NCBI GenBank assembly: GCA_043756805.1 | Contig: JAYUQI010000084.1 | Location: forward strand, 1-34,292 | Direction of reading: 5' to 3' | DNA length: 34,292 nt | Origin: Sphingomonas sp. | Lineage (GTDB): Bacteria; Pseudomonadota; Alphaproteobacteria; Sphingomonadales; Sphingomonadaceae | In this document: positions 20,836 through 29,391 of the stretch, piece by piece | Layout of the letters: every line of letters starts with the position of its first letter | How positions within the stretch are numbered: position 1 is the first letter of the stretch | Notes under the pieces: model-generated | What the model was told of the DNA's origin: nothing | What the model saw: the letters and a program-made list of their open reading frames with translations, nothing else | The model's database searches: none | Program-made: the position numbers and the translations under genes

Positions 20836-21075
20836 TCCAGTCCCCCGGCGACCAAAGGGGCCACGACGCCATTTTTGACGCCACAGCGGTTTATCGTTTC
20901 ACAAAGACTGGTTTGCCCACCCTCCTTGTTCGCAGAATGAATGTAACATGTTTGTATTACTGACAAGGCTGTCAGGGCGATGACGGGGCAGGGTGCCGCA
21001 ACCGTGGGTTGAGTCGTTGAGTTGTGCATTCGACCGCGAGCGATTTGTTCCCTCTTCGCCAAAAAAATCGGCGAT

Positions 21076-21540
21076 TTAATTGATTGCGCGGGATGCTTCG
21101 AGCACTGATTCGGCATGTCCCGGCACTTTCACTTTGCGCCAGACGTGCGCGATGGTGCCGTCTGCGGCGATCAGGAATGTCGCGCGTTCGATGCCCATAT
21201 AGGTGCGACCATACATCGACTTTTCGACCCAGACGCCGAATGCCTCGCATACGCTGCCATCGCTATCCGAGCCGAGCGCCACCGCCAGATCATATTTTTT
21301 GACGAATTTGGCGTGGCTCGCAACCGAGTCCTTCGAAATGCCGACAACGGCCGTTCCGGCTTTTGCAAATTCAGCGATCAGCGCCGTGAAGGCCTGTGCT
21401 TCCTTGGTGCAGCCGCCGGTATCGTCCTTGGGATAGAAATAGATGACCAGTTTCTGGCCGCGCCAGTCAGAAATCCTGGCGCGCTTGCCGTCCGCCACGT
21501 CAAAAGCTGCATCTGGTGCCATTTGACCGACTTCGACCAT
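21076..21540 (-). CDS. bcp: Peroxiredoxin (BCP/PrxQ family)
   Basis: YFYPKDDTGGCTKEA, MGIERATFLI; ATG overlaps the glnE stop (TGATG). Confidence 0.92.
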   Translation of the reverse strand: MVEVGQMAPDAAFDVADGKRARISDWRGQKLVIYFYPKDDTGGCTKEAQAFTALIAEFAKAGTAVVGISKDSVASHAKFVKKYDLAVALGSDSDGSVCEAFGVWVEKSMYGRTYMGIERATFLIAADGTIAHVWRKVKVPGHAESVLEASRAIN

Positions 21541-24215
21541 CAAATTTCTCCCGCCGCATCCATCACTGCCTGCCAGTGCGCGGTCACGCATTGCCGTGCC
21601 GCTGCAACGCGCGCAAGCAAATCGTCCCAGTCGCTCGCGCCGCATGCCCGTGTCACGGCAGACTGGGTTGCAACACTGGGCGCTTCCATACCGGGCGAAA
21701 CGAGGCGCAGCGTAAGGATAAGCCGCGTTAGTAGATCATGCGCCGCACCAAGCGCTGGATCGACAAGACCTGCCTCTGCCAGCGCAGCAATCGCAGTGGG
21801 CAAATGCGGGTTGAGACCAACGCCGCTCGCCAGCTGATGAAAATGCACGACGAATTCGAGATCGACGAGGCCGCCGCTGGCAAGTTTGACGTCGAGCGGC
21901 CCGACCGGCGGCTTGTGTGTCGCCATCTCGGTACGCATGGTCACGACGTCGCAGGCGAGTGAATTGCGGTCTCGTGGCTTCTTGAGCACTGATTCGATGA
22001 CGGCCTCGGTCAAGGCGCGCGCTTCCGCGCTGCCAAAAATAACGCGTGCCCGGGTCAGTGCCATATGCTCCCATGTCCACGCGCTTTCGCGCTGGTAACG
22101 CGCAAAGCTGTCAACCGAAGTCACCAGCGGACCGTCACCACCCGACGGGCGCAAGCGCGTATCGACTTCATATAGCGCCCCTGCGGCTGTCGGCGCGCTG
22201 AGGCCACTGCTGAGCCGTTGGCCAAGGCGATTGTAATAATGCGACCCACCAAGCGGTTTCGGCCCATCCGATTCCGCCGCATAATCGCCAGTAAAAAGGT
22301 AGATGAGATCGAGATCGGACGCATGCGTCAACAATCCACCGCCGAGCCGCCCGAGCGCCAGGATCACGAGTTCGGATCCTTCGATTTGACCATGCGCCGC
22401 GACAAAGGGTGCGATGACGGCATTTGCAACCACCTGCACCGCTGCTTCGGCAATCCGCGCATAGCCCCCCGCCGCCATGATCGGGTCATCGGTCGCTTCG
22501 ACGATCTGCACACCCAGCGCAAAGCGGTGCTCGCTGACGATGCGACGAACCTGATCGAGCTTTGCCTCGAGGCCACCACTGAGCGTCATTTCGGCAACAA
22601 GCGTTTCGACATCGCCAACCGGATCGAAAGCGCTGGCGTCAAGCAACCGGTCGAGCAACGCCGCATTGCGGCCAAGCGCGTCGCCAAGCGTGGGCGCATG
22701 GCTGATGATTGACACCAGCAATGTGAGCAGCGCCGGCTGGGCTTCAAGCAACCGGAACAGGTTCAGCGCGGTCGGCAATCCACCCAGCATCGCATCGAAT
22801 GCCGTCAGCGCCGCATCGGGATCGGGCGCACGACCAAAGGTATTCAGCAGTGATGGCAGCACAGCCTCGAGCGCGCTGAACGCAACCTCGCTGTGCACCG
22901 CGCGCAACTTACCACTGCGCCATTCGGCGATTCGCGCCATTGCGCGGCCGACGTCGTCAAAACCAGCGCGACGAAGCGAGTCATCGAGAGCGTCGCCATC
23001 GCGCGGAGTCGCCGCGCGCGCCGGTCCATCCAGCCCGTCATACAATGCGCCAACCGCCGACACATGCGGCGCGAGCAGATCGAGCAGCGCCGCACCGTCG
23101 GTCAGATCGTGCAGCTGTGCGACTGAATCGAGCGCCGCAGCATCCGCGGGCAGGCTGTGCGTCTGGCGATCCTCGACCATCTGCAAGCGATGCTCGATCG
23201 TGCGGTACAGGCGATACGCGTCGGCTAGTGTGGTGGCGCTATCGGCATCGATCCAGCCCGCATGTGTCAGTGCTGCGATCCCGCCCAGCGTGTCGGCAAC
23301 GCGCAGCGCCGGATCACGTCCGCCGTGGATCAGCTGATGAATCTGGACGAAGAACTCGACCTCGCGAATGCCGCCCCGCCCGCGCTTCAGGTCATAGCCG
23401 GGGCCGAACACCTGCCCGCCCGCATGATGCGACCGGATCCGCCTAGACATCGCGCGGAGTTCCTCGACGGCACCAAAATCGAGGCTGCGCCGCCAGATGA
23501 ACGGCTGGATTGTTTCGAGAAACTGTGCGCCCAAAGCGGCATCACCTGCGGCCGCGCGTGCCCGCACAAATGCCGCGCGCTCCCAGCTCAAGGCGCTCGA
23601 TTCATAATGCGAGATCGCCGCATTCATCGGGATCGCCAGTGGTGTCGCTTCCGAGGCAGGCCGCAAGCGCAAATCGACGCGCAAAACATAGCCATCGGCA
23701 TCGCGCGTTTGCAGCAGATCGACGACACCACGCGCAACTCTGACGGCTGCCTCGCCTGCGTCATCACGCTCGCGTCGCGACATTGTTTCGGGATCAAACA
23801 ACAGGATGGGGTCAATGTCCGAGCTGTAGTTCAGCTCGCGGCTGCCATGTTTGCCCAAGGCTATGGCGAAAAAGCCTTTGCTGTCCGCAGCCGGCACCCG
23901 CTGGCGGATCGCTTCGGTAATCGCACTGTCGAGGGCGTGATCGGCAAAATCCGAAAGCTGCTTTACGACCGCTTCGAACGACAATGTCCCGGCCAGATCC
24001 CCAATCGCCAGGACGAGCGCAAGCGCATCACGCTGTCGTCGCAGCGTTTGACGGACACCGCTGCCCTCCATCGCCCATGCTGCTGCCAGCGCCGCGTCCA
24101 GCGCACCACCGCGAAGCATTTCGGTTAGGTTTGGATTGCGCACCATTGCGCTGTTCAGAAACGGCGCATGAGCGGCGGCTCGGTTCATCGCATTTTCGAA
24201 GGAAATAGGGGTCAT
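21540..24215 (-). CDS. glnE: Glutamine synthetase adenylyltransferase/deadenylase
   Basis: Two nucleotidyltransferase domains: LGKHGSRELNYSSDID...RVDLRLRP and LGRLGG...SDLDL...EVDTRLRPSG; start approximate. Confidence 0.95.
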   Translation of the reverse strand: MTPISFENAMNRAAAHAPFLNSAMVRNPNLTEMLRGGALDAALAAAWAMEGSGVRQTLRRQRDALALVLAIGDLAGTLSFEAVVKQLSDFADHALDSAITEAIRQRVPAADSKGFFAIALGKHGSRELNYSSDIDPILLFDPETMSRRERDDAGEAAVRVARGVVDLLQTRDADGYVLRVDLRLRPASEATPLAIPMNAAISHYESSALSWERAAFVRARAAAGDAALGAQFLETIQPFIWRRSLDFGAVEELRAMSRRIRSHHAGGQVFGPGYDLKRGRGGIREVEFFVQIHQLIHGGRDPALRVADTLGGIAALTHAGWIDADSATTLADAYRLYRTIEHRLQMVEDRQTHSLPADAAALDSVAQLHDLTDGAALLDLLAPHVSAVGALYDGLDGPARAATPRDGDALDDSLRRAGFDDVGRAMARIAEWRSGKLRAVHSEVAFSALEAVLPSLLNTFGRAPDPDAALTAFDAMLGGLPTALNLFRLLEAQPALLTLLVSIISHAPTLGDALGRNAALLDRLLDASAFDPVGDVETLVAEMTLSGGLEAKLDQVRRIVSEHRFALGVQIVEATDDPIMAAGGYARIAEAAVQVVANAVIAPFVAAHGQIEGSELVILALGRLGGGLLTHASDLDLIYLFTGDYAAESDGPKPLGGSHYYNRLGQRLSSGLSAPTAAGALYEVDTRLRPSGGDGPLVTSVDSFARYQRESAWTWEHMALTRARVIFGSAEARALTEAVIESVLKKPRDRNSLACDVVTMRTEMATHKPPVGPLDVKLASGGLVDLEFVVHFHQLASGVGLNPHLPTAIAALAEAGLVDPALGAAHDLLTRLILTLRLVSPGMEAPSVATQSAVTRACGASDWDDLLARVAAARQCVTAHWQAVMDAAGEI

Positions 24216-24220
24216 TTGCC

Positions 24221-24245
24221 GCAACCAACCGGCAATTCGGACGTT
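24221..24245 (+). promoter_or_regulatory. EcfG-type promoter of the small NepR-like gene
   Basis: GCAAC-N16-CGTT, with 8 nt between it and ATG 24254; one mismatch to GGAAC-N16-CGTT. Confidence 0.7.
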
Positions 24246-24253
24246 ACGGAAAT

Positions 24254-24448
24254 ATGGCAACGCAGTATCACAGGGCTCGCGAGGTTTTGACGGCGCATCC
24301 GCATCAAATCGCTTTGCCATATCGAGGCGATGGTGTCGCGCATGCTTTGCGTGAAACTTATCTGCCCGACGATGATCATATTCCGGCGGATATGGTAATG
24401 CTGCTGGCGGCGATTGACGAGCCGCGGGTGGCTAACGACCGCGGCTGA
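24254..24448 (+). CDS. Second NepR-like small protein (putative anti-sigma paralogue)
   Basis: GVAHALRETYLPDDDHIPADMVMLLAAID aligns by eye with DIGSALRAAYDSAVNEEIPPEMLDLLSKL of NepR at 26173; preceded by an EcfG-type promoter. Confidence 0.72.
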   Translation: MATQYHRAREVLTAHPHQIALPYRGDGVAHALRETYLPDDDHIPADMVMLLAAIDEPRVANDRG

Positions 24449-25058
24449 GCACTTTGACCTGATCCATGATCGTGTCGAGTGCAGACACGCCCTCACTGTC
24501 GGGATCGGTTCGTCGCGACGGCAGATCATTGCCCATCATGACGGCTTCGAGCGCCACGCGACCCCGCGCGACGCGGCTTTTGATCGTGCCAACGGCTACG
24601 CCGCAAATCTCCGCGGCTTCTTCGTAGGCAAAGCCCCCCGCGCCAACCAGGATCAAGGCTTCGCGCTGCGTTTCGGGCAAATATTGGAGCGCGCGCTGAA
24701 GATCGCCAAGCTCGACATGCTTGTCCTGGCTGGCGGGAGCAGACAATATCTTGTCGGCAACCAGATCGTCCCATTCCCCTCGAAACCGGTTACGCCGCAT
24801 TTGCGACAGGAACAGGTTGCGCAAAATGATGAACGTCCACGCGCGCAGGTTTGTGCCGGCTTCATAACGGTCGCGCGCGGCCCATGCCTTGAGCAGGGTT
24901 TCCTGAACCAGATCATCCCCCGTATCGCGGTTGCCTGAAAGCGAGCGGCCAAAAGCACGCAACTGGGGAATAACCGCCGCAAGCTGCGTCCGGAAATCTT
25001 CGTCGGACAATGCGGTCCGTTCGGTGGGGATGCCGTTTCCGGTCTCTTCCTCAATCAT
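24432..25058 (-). CDS. ecfG: ECF15 general stress response sigma factor
   Basis: LRAFGRSLSG...DDLVQETLLKAW...GTNLRAWTFIILRN; YEEAAEICGVAVGTIKSRVARGR; directly downstream of phyR. Confidence 0.9.
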   Translation of the reverse strand: MIEEETGNGIPTERTALSDEDFRTQLAAVIPQLRAFGRSLSGNRDTGDDLVQETLLKAWAARDRYEAGTNLRAWTFIILRNLFLSQMRRNRFRGEWDDLVADKILSAPASQDKHVELGDLQRALQYLPETQREALILVGAGGFAYEEAAEICGVAVGTIKSRVARGRVALEAVMMGNDLPSRRTDPDSEGVSALDTIMDQVKVLSRGR

Positions 25059-25082
25059 GCGTTACCCGCTTAACTTCACCGC

Positions 25083-25108
25083 AACGCTTAGCCCGCTTGT
25101 CGCGTCCC
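25083..25108 (-). promoter_or_regulatory. Possible EcfG-type autoregulatory promoter of ecfG
   Basis: Minus strand GGGAC-N17-CGTT between the phyR stop and the ecfG start; one mismatch. Confidence 0.33.
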
Positions 25109-25109
25109 G

Positions 25110-25904
25110 TCACGCCGCCGGAACGGTTTCGGCGTCGAAAAACAACGCTTGGGCAATTGCAGCCTTAACAGTCGCACGCTGGAACGGCTTTGTGATGAGG
25201 AAAGTGGGTTCGGGGCGCTCGCCCGTCAGCAGTCGTTCGGGAAATGCCGTGATGAAAATGACCGGCACGGAAAACTCGGCGAGAATGTCTTTAACCGCGT
25301 CTATCCCCGAACTGTCATCGGCAAGCTGAATATCCGCAAGGACCAAACCGGGACGTCGGTCACGAACCGCAGCGATCGCTTCATCGCGTGTGACAGCAAC
25401 ACCCGTCACATCATGGCCAAGGTCGCGCACAATCGTTTCAAGATCCATCGCGATCATCGGTTCATCTTCGATGATGAGAACCGCCGACCGTGTCTGCGCT
25501 TCGATCTCGCTCAGCGCTTCGTCGAGCAAGCCCGCGACATCACCAGCCGCAATGTCGAGCAGATAAGCCGCATCCTCATGCGCAAAGCCCTCCATTGCTG
25601 TCAGCAGCAATGTCTGGCGCGACAGGGGTGTAATCCGCGCAAGCCGCGCCTGCGCCAATTGCTCGCGACCCGTCGCGCTTTCGTCCGGATCGCTGCCAAG
25701 ATTGCCTGATCCCCAGACAGCGTGAAACGTCCGATACAGGCCAAGCCTGACATCAACGTCACGCGGAAATTCGTCGGGCGCAGCGACAATCGCTTCGAGC
25801 GTGGCACGGACATAAGCGTCACCATGCCCCTGATTCCCCGTCAACGCCCGTGCATATCGGCGGAGAAACGCGAGATGTGGAGCGATTTGCTGGCCGAGCG
25901 ACAT
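25110..25904 (-). CDS. phyR: Anti-anti-sigma response regulator PhyR
   Basis: Sigma-like N-terminus (LRRYARALTGNQ) plus receiver domain (IIEDE, LADIQLAD, FITAFPERLLTGERPEP, KPF). Confidence 0.96.
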   Translation of the reverse strand: MSLGQQIAPHLAFLRRYARALTGNQGHGDAYVRATLEAIVAAPDEFPRDVDVRLGLYRTFHAVWGSGNLGSDPDESATGREQLAQARLARITPLSRQTLLLTAMEGFAHEDAAYLLDIAAGDVAGLLDEALSEIEAQTRSAVLIIEDEPMIAMDLETIVRDLGHDVTGVAVTRDEAIAAVRDRRPGLVLADIQLADDSSGIDAVKDILAEFSVPVIFITAFPERLLTGERPEPTFLITKPFQRATVKAAIAQALFFDAETVPAA

Positions 25905-26021
25905 AGTGAGCGATCCTCCTGAACGATCCGGACTTTCGACTCCCGATTTCGACCAGCGCCGCGCCTTATGCAAGTCGGCAGCGTTCAAATCATTGTCTTT
26001 GGTAAACTTATCCGTAAGGTT

Positions 26022-26046
26022 GGAACAATCGAGCGGTGAATTTGTT
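26022..26046 (+). promoter_or_regulatory. EcfG-type promoter of nepR-phyT
   Basis: GGAAC-N16-TGTT upstream of nepR. Confidence 0.65.
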
Positions 26047-26172
26047 TCTTTTGTTCATGCGCGCACGATATTATTCGATAGCGCTCGGGGCTGAAGAACG
26101 CAGATTTTGCCTGCTTTCAAAGGCGGCGCGGGGGCGTATGACAAGGGGATTGTTCGAGTGGCGGAAGGGAAA

Positions 26173-26334
26173 ATGTCAAAATCGCCGCCCGCCGGTGGTC
26201 GCCCGTCGTCCGTTCAGGCCCGCAATCCAAACAGCGAACGTGACATCGGCAGTGCACTGCGCGCTGCTTATGACAGCGCTGTCAATGAAGAGATCCCGCC
26301 GGAAATGCTCGATCTTCTGAGCAAGCTGCGCTGA
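26173..26334 (+). CDS. nepR: Anti-sigma factor NepR
   Basis: IGSALRAAYDSAVNEEIPPEMLDLLSKL signature; divergent from phyR; start could be GTG 26158. Confidence 0.92.
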   Translation: MSKSPPAGGRPSSVQARNPNSERDIGSALRAAYDSAVNEEIPPEMLDLLSKLR

Positions 26335-26356
26335 AACTTTCCCGTCGGAGGTGCCA

Positions 26357-27916
26357 GTGTCCAGTCTCGCAGATCGTTTCGGGCGCCTTTCCACCGGCAT
26401 CAAGATTCTGTCGGCGATTACGCTGGCCCTTCTTCCCCTCGGCCTTGTTGCGCTGTTCGCATCGCTCGCGGCAACGCGCACCGCTGACGTTCAGCGGAGT
26501 GCAGACCTTCGTGTCGCTCTGACCGAAAGCACGCGCAAACTTAGCGCTGAACTTGCTGGCGACGTCAGCGCAATGCGCAGAGCGGCAAATGCCATCGCAG
26601 CAGCGGACGCGCCCGACGATGTTTGCGCGCGTCTGTCGGCCATCTTTGCGGCCCATGTCGGGCGCGTGTCGCAATATGCGGTGTTCGGCGCGGCAAGTGC
26701 ACCGCTTTGTGCCACGCCCGGCTTTGCCCCGCCACGTCCATCGACGATCAATCCCGACAGCCAGCCCGATGCAATCGTTAATGGCGAAACGCTTGACGTG
26801 CGTGTGCCCGCCGCGCGCGGCACGGCTGTCGTTTTTGTGCGATACCCTGCGGCAACGCTGGCTGGCTTTTCGCAACCCTCAACGCTTGCGGTGCCTTATA
26901 CCACGACATTGTCGAACGAGCAGTCAAATTTGCCACTTCGCACACCGAAGCGGGCCTTGTCGCTCGGCTATGAAACCGTGTCGTCCCCTGTCGGTCTGCT
27001 CGGGCTATCGCTGTCGATCGCCGCCGCTGATGTCCCCTTTGGCACGACCGAAGCCTTGCTGACGTTTCTGCCGCTGCTGATGTGGGCATCGGCGGCGCTG
27101 ATTGGTTTCCTGGTTGTTGATCGCCTGCTGATCCGCCCGCTGCGCAGCTTGCGTCTTGCTGTTGCAGGGCATGTGCCCGGCACCAAATTCAGTCTGCCGC
27201 CGGTAAGGACGCCAGCGCGAGAGATTCGGGACCTTGGCGAGACTTTCGCAAAGTTCGGCGATGAAATCAGCTTGCATGAAGCGAAGATGGCGGCCGCGCT
27301 CGCCGACCAGACCAAGGCAACGCGTGAGGTTCATCACCGCGTCAAAAACAATCTTCAGGTCATCGCCAGCCTGATTTCGCTGCATGCCCGCGGCGCGCAA
27401 TCGCCCGATGCCGTTACGGCCTATGCCGCCATCCAGCGCCGTGTCGATGCGCTGTCGATCGTTCATCGCAATCATTATGCCGAACTTGATTCGGGCGACG
27501 GCATCGACATCAAGGGGCTGCTTGGCGAACTGGCGGCAAATTTGCGCGCGGTTGCCGCCGCCGACACGACGGCTGCTGCGATTTCGGTCGATTCACCGCG
27601 TTTTGGCGTCAGTCAGGACAATGCCGTCGCCATCGCATTTCTGGTCACCGAACTGGTTGAACTGTCGATCACCGTTGACCCTGCGGCGTCGATTGCCATT
27701 GCGATCACCGATGGCGATGTGAGCGAAAAAGCCCATTTGACGCTGGCATCATCGGCCTTGATCGCAACGCCCGCAATGACGGAACGGTTGGCGGGGCGCT
27801 ATGCCCGCGTGCTCGAGGGGCTTTCGCGACAGCTCCGGGAGCCGATGACACATGACAAAGAGTCGGGCGCATTTGACATTGATTTCACCATATTACGCCG
27901 CCCCGAAACAAACTGA
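26357..27916 (+). CDS. phyT: Membrane HisKA_2 protein with degenerate ATPase domain (PhyT/PhyP-like phosphotransferase)
   Basis: Two TMs, HAMP-like segment, H-box REVHHRVKNNLQ; N-box Asn and G-boxes not recognisable; follows nepR; GGAGG precedes GTG 26357. Confidence 0.8.
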   Translation: MSSLADRFGRLSTGIKILSAITLALLPLGLVALFASLAATRTADVQRSADLRVALTESTRKLSAELAGDVSAMRRAANAIAAADAPDDVCARLSAIFAAHVGRVSQYAVFGAASAPLCATPGFAPPRPSTINPDSQPDAIVNGETLDVRVPAARGTAVVFVRYPAATLAGFSQPSTLAVPYTTTLSNEQSNLPLRTPKRALSLGYETVSSPVGLLGLSLSIAAADVPFGTTEALLTFLPLLMWASAALIGFLVVDRLLIRPLRSLRLAVAGHVPGTKFSLPPVRTPAREIRDLGETFAKFGDEISLHEAKMAAALADQTKATREVHHRVKNNLQVIASLISLHARGAQSPDAVTAYAAIQRRVDALSIVHRNHYAELDSGDGIDIKGLLGELAANLRAVAAADTTAAAISVDSPRFGVSQDNAVAIAFLVTELVELSITVDPAASIAIAITDGDVSEKAHLTLASSALIATPAMTERLAGRYARVLEGLSRQLREPMTHDKESGAFDIDFTILRRPETN

Positions 27917-27935
27917 AAAAATCAATGCGCTGATG

Positions 27936-27960
27936 GGAACCCTTTTTGCAGTCGACCGTT
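27936..27960 (+). promoter_or_regulatory. Consensus EcfG promoter
   Basis: GGAAC-CCTTTTTGCAGTCGAC-CGTT = exact GGAAC-N16-CGTT. Confidence 0.85.
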
Positions 27961-27966
27961 TACTTG

Positions 27967-28064
27967 TGCGGACAGCGAGCATTTGCCCCCCCGCTTTCGC
28001 TGTCCGGAACATGAGCCCGGAAGCGTCGTCAACCCCCAAGACGCGCTTCCGGGCTCAATAATTT
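27967..28064 (+). ncRNA. Candidate EcfG-dependent sRNA or structured leader: two hairpins with C-rich loops
   Basis: Stem 27969-27978/27997-28006 enclosing a C7 run; stem 28012-28030/28040-28057 (18 bp, one bulge) with loop AACCCCCAA; begins right after the EcfG -10. Confidence 0.6.
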
Positions 28065-28088
28065 GTCATCAAGCGGAAAGGCGACATT

Positions 28089-28214
28089 ATGCGCAGATCA
28101 ATCATCACCATCAGTCTCCTGAGCCTCGTTGCGCTCAGTGCCTGCAACACGGTCAAAGGCGTTGGCCGCGACGTGGAATCCGTCGGGCGCTCGGTCGAAA
28201 AGACCGTCGACTAA
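28089..28214 (+). CDS. Entericidin A/B family lipoprotein (41 aa, below the ORF track cutoff)
   Basis: Hand translation MRRSIITISLLSLVALSACNTVKGVGRDVESVGRSVEKTVD*; lipobox LSAC, CNTxxGxGxD signature; GGAAAGG upstream. Confidence 0.9.
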   Translation: MRRSIITISLLSLVALSACNTVKGVGRDVESVGRSVEKTVD

Positions 28215-28984
28215 GCTGCTTCGGTTTCGGCATCCGCTTCGCGTTTGCGGCGGCGCTGTGTGAACCAGGTTGCAATCAACGTCAGTTCGTAAAGCAAGCA
28301 GAGCGGCACCGCGAGCAACAGCTGCGACCCGATATCGGGCGGCGTTAGAACAGCGGCAATCGCAAACGCACCGACAATCGCATAACGGCGTGCGGCAACC
28401 AGTTGGTCGCGTGTGACAATGCCGACAGTCTCGAGCAGCATGAGCAGCACCGGCATCAGGAACGAAAACCCAAAGCCGAACATGAATTGCATGACGAATT
28501 TCAGATAATTGCCGATGTCGGGCAAGGCTTCCTGCGTGACGCCGCCGAGATCGCCCTGAAAGCCAAGCAGAAATTTGAGCGCAATCGGGATGGCGATGAA
28601 ATAGGCAAGGCTTGCGCCCGCCGTAAACAGCACCGGCGTTGCCATCATGAAGGGCAGCATCGCGCGCCGCTCTTTTTTGTAAAGGCCGGGTGCAACGAAC
28701 AGCCAGATCTGGTTTGCGATGACCGGCGACGCGATCATCATTGCCGCGAAAAACGCGACTTTAAGTTCGACAACAAAGCCGCCGAACACTTCAGTGTTAA
28801 TGACTTTGGTCTGTCCTGCTGCCAGCATTGGGGCCACGAGAAATTCGAGGATATGGCGCGCGAAATAGACGCAGGAACCGAACGCAACGACCAACGCCAA
28901 TACGGACCACAACAACCGACGCCGCAATTCGATCAGATGATCAAGAAGCGGAGCCTTGCTGTCGTCAAGTTCGCCGTCACTCAC
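28211..28984 (-). CDS. tatC: Twin-arginine translocase subunit TatC
   Basis: PLLDHLIELRRRL, FVAPGLYKKER, AAVLTPPD. Confidence 0.96.
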   Translation of the reverse strand: MSDGELDDSKAPLLDHLIELRRRLLWSVLALVVAFGSCVYFARHILEFLVAPMLAAGQTKVINTEVFGGFVVELKVAFFAAMMIASPVIANQIWLFVAPGLYKKERRAMLPFMMATPVLFTAGASLAYFIAIPIALKFLLGFQGDLGGVTQEALPDIGNYLKFVMQFMFGFGFSFLMPVLLMLLETVGIVTRDQLVAARRYAIVGAFAIAAVLTPPDIGSQLLLAVPLCLLYELTLIATWFTQRRRKREADAETEAA

Positions 28985-29274
28985 GCCGGTTTCTCATCGG
29001 TCACCGGCGTCGACTCTACGGGCGCTTCCAACGCGGGAACAGGATTGGCGGCCATGATCCGCTCGTTTTCCTCTTTCCACTTTTTTTCCATGTCGGCGAG
29101 TTCGGATTCGCGAATCATATTGTCAAAGCCGCTGCGGAAATGGCGCGCCATGCCACGCGCTTTGCCAACCCACTGCCCGACAATCCGCATCGCCTTGGGC
29201 AAATCCTTCGGGCCGATCACGACCAGCGCGACAACCGCCACGAGCAAAAGTTCAGTGGGGGCAACGTCGAACAT
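28981..29274 (-). CDS. tatB: Twin-arginine translocase subunit TatB
   Basis: MFDVAPTELLLVAVVALVVIGPKDLP. Confidence 0.95.
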   Translation of the reverse strand: MFDVAPTELLLVAVVALVVIGPKDLPKAMRIVGQWVGKARGMARHFRSGFDNMIRESELADMEKKWKEENERIMAANPVPALEAPVESTPVTDEKPA

Positions 29275-29297
29275 CAAGGCTCCAAGCCATAATAAAA

Positions 29298-29385
29298 CCG
29301 TATCCCTGAGCTTGTCGAAGGGCTGCCTTTCCTTCGTCAGCAATGCAAAGACAAGGACAACCCTTCGACAAGCTCAGGGATACGG
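29298..29385. repeat. REP-doublet palindrome, family B, between tatA and tatB
   Basis: Perfect 25-bp inverted repeat CCGTATCCCTGAGCTTGTCGAAGGG (29298-29322) / 29361-29385. Confidence 0.93.
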
Positions 29386-29391
29386 AAATAC

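Noticed and set aside
20688-21116. 142-aa ORF spanning the bcp-M23 gap
   Set aside because: Overlaps both neighbours, has no recognisable motif or RBS, and has atypical composition.
25905-25990. EcfG promoter for phyR
   Set aside because: A CGTT is present on the minus strand but there is no GGAAC-like -35 at 16-17 nt spacing.
27983-28348. 121-aa ORF over the hairpin/entericidin region
   Set aside because: The entericidin in another frame has a clear lipobox and family signature; this ORF has none and overlaps tatC.
29275-29343. N-terminal extension of TatB in the ORF track
   Set aside because: It is translated repeat sequence; the canonical MFD start is at 29274.
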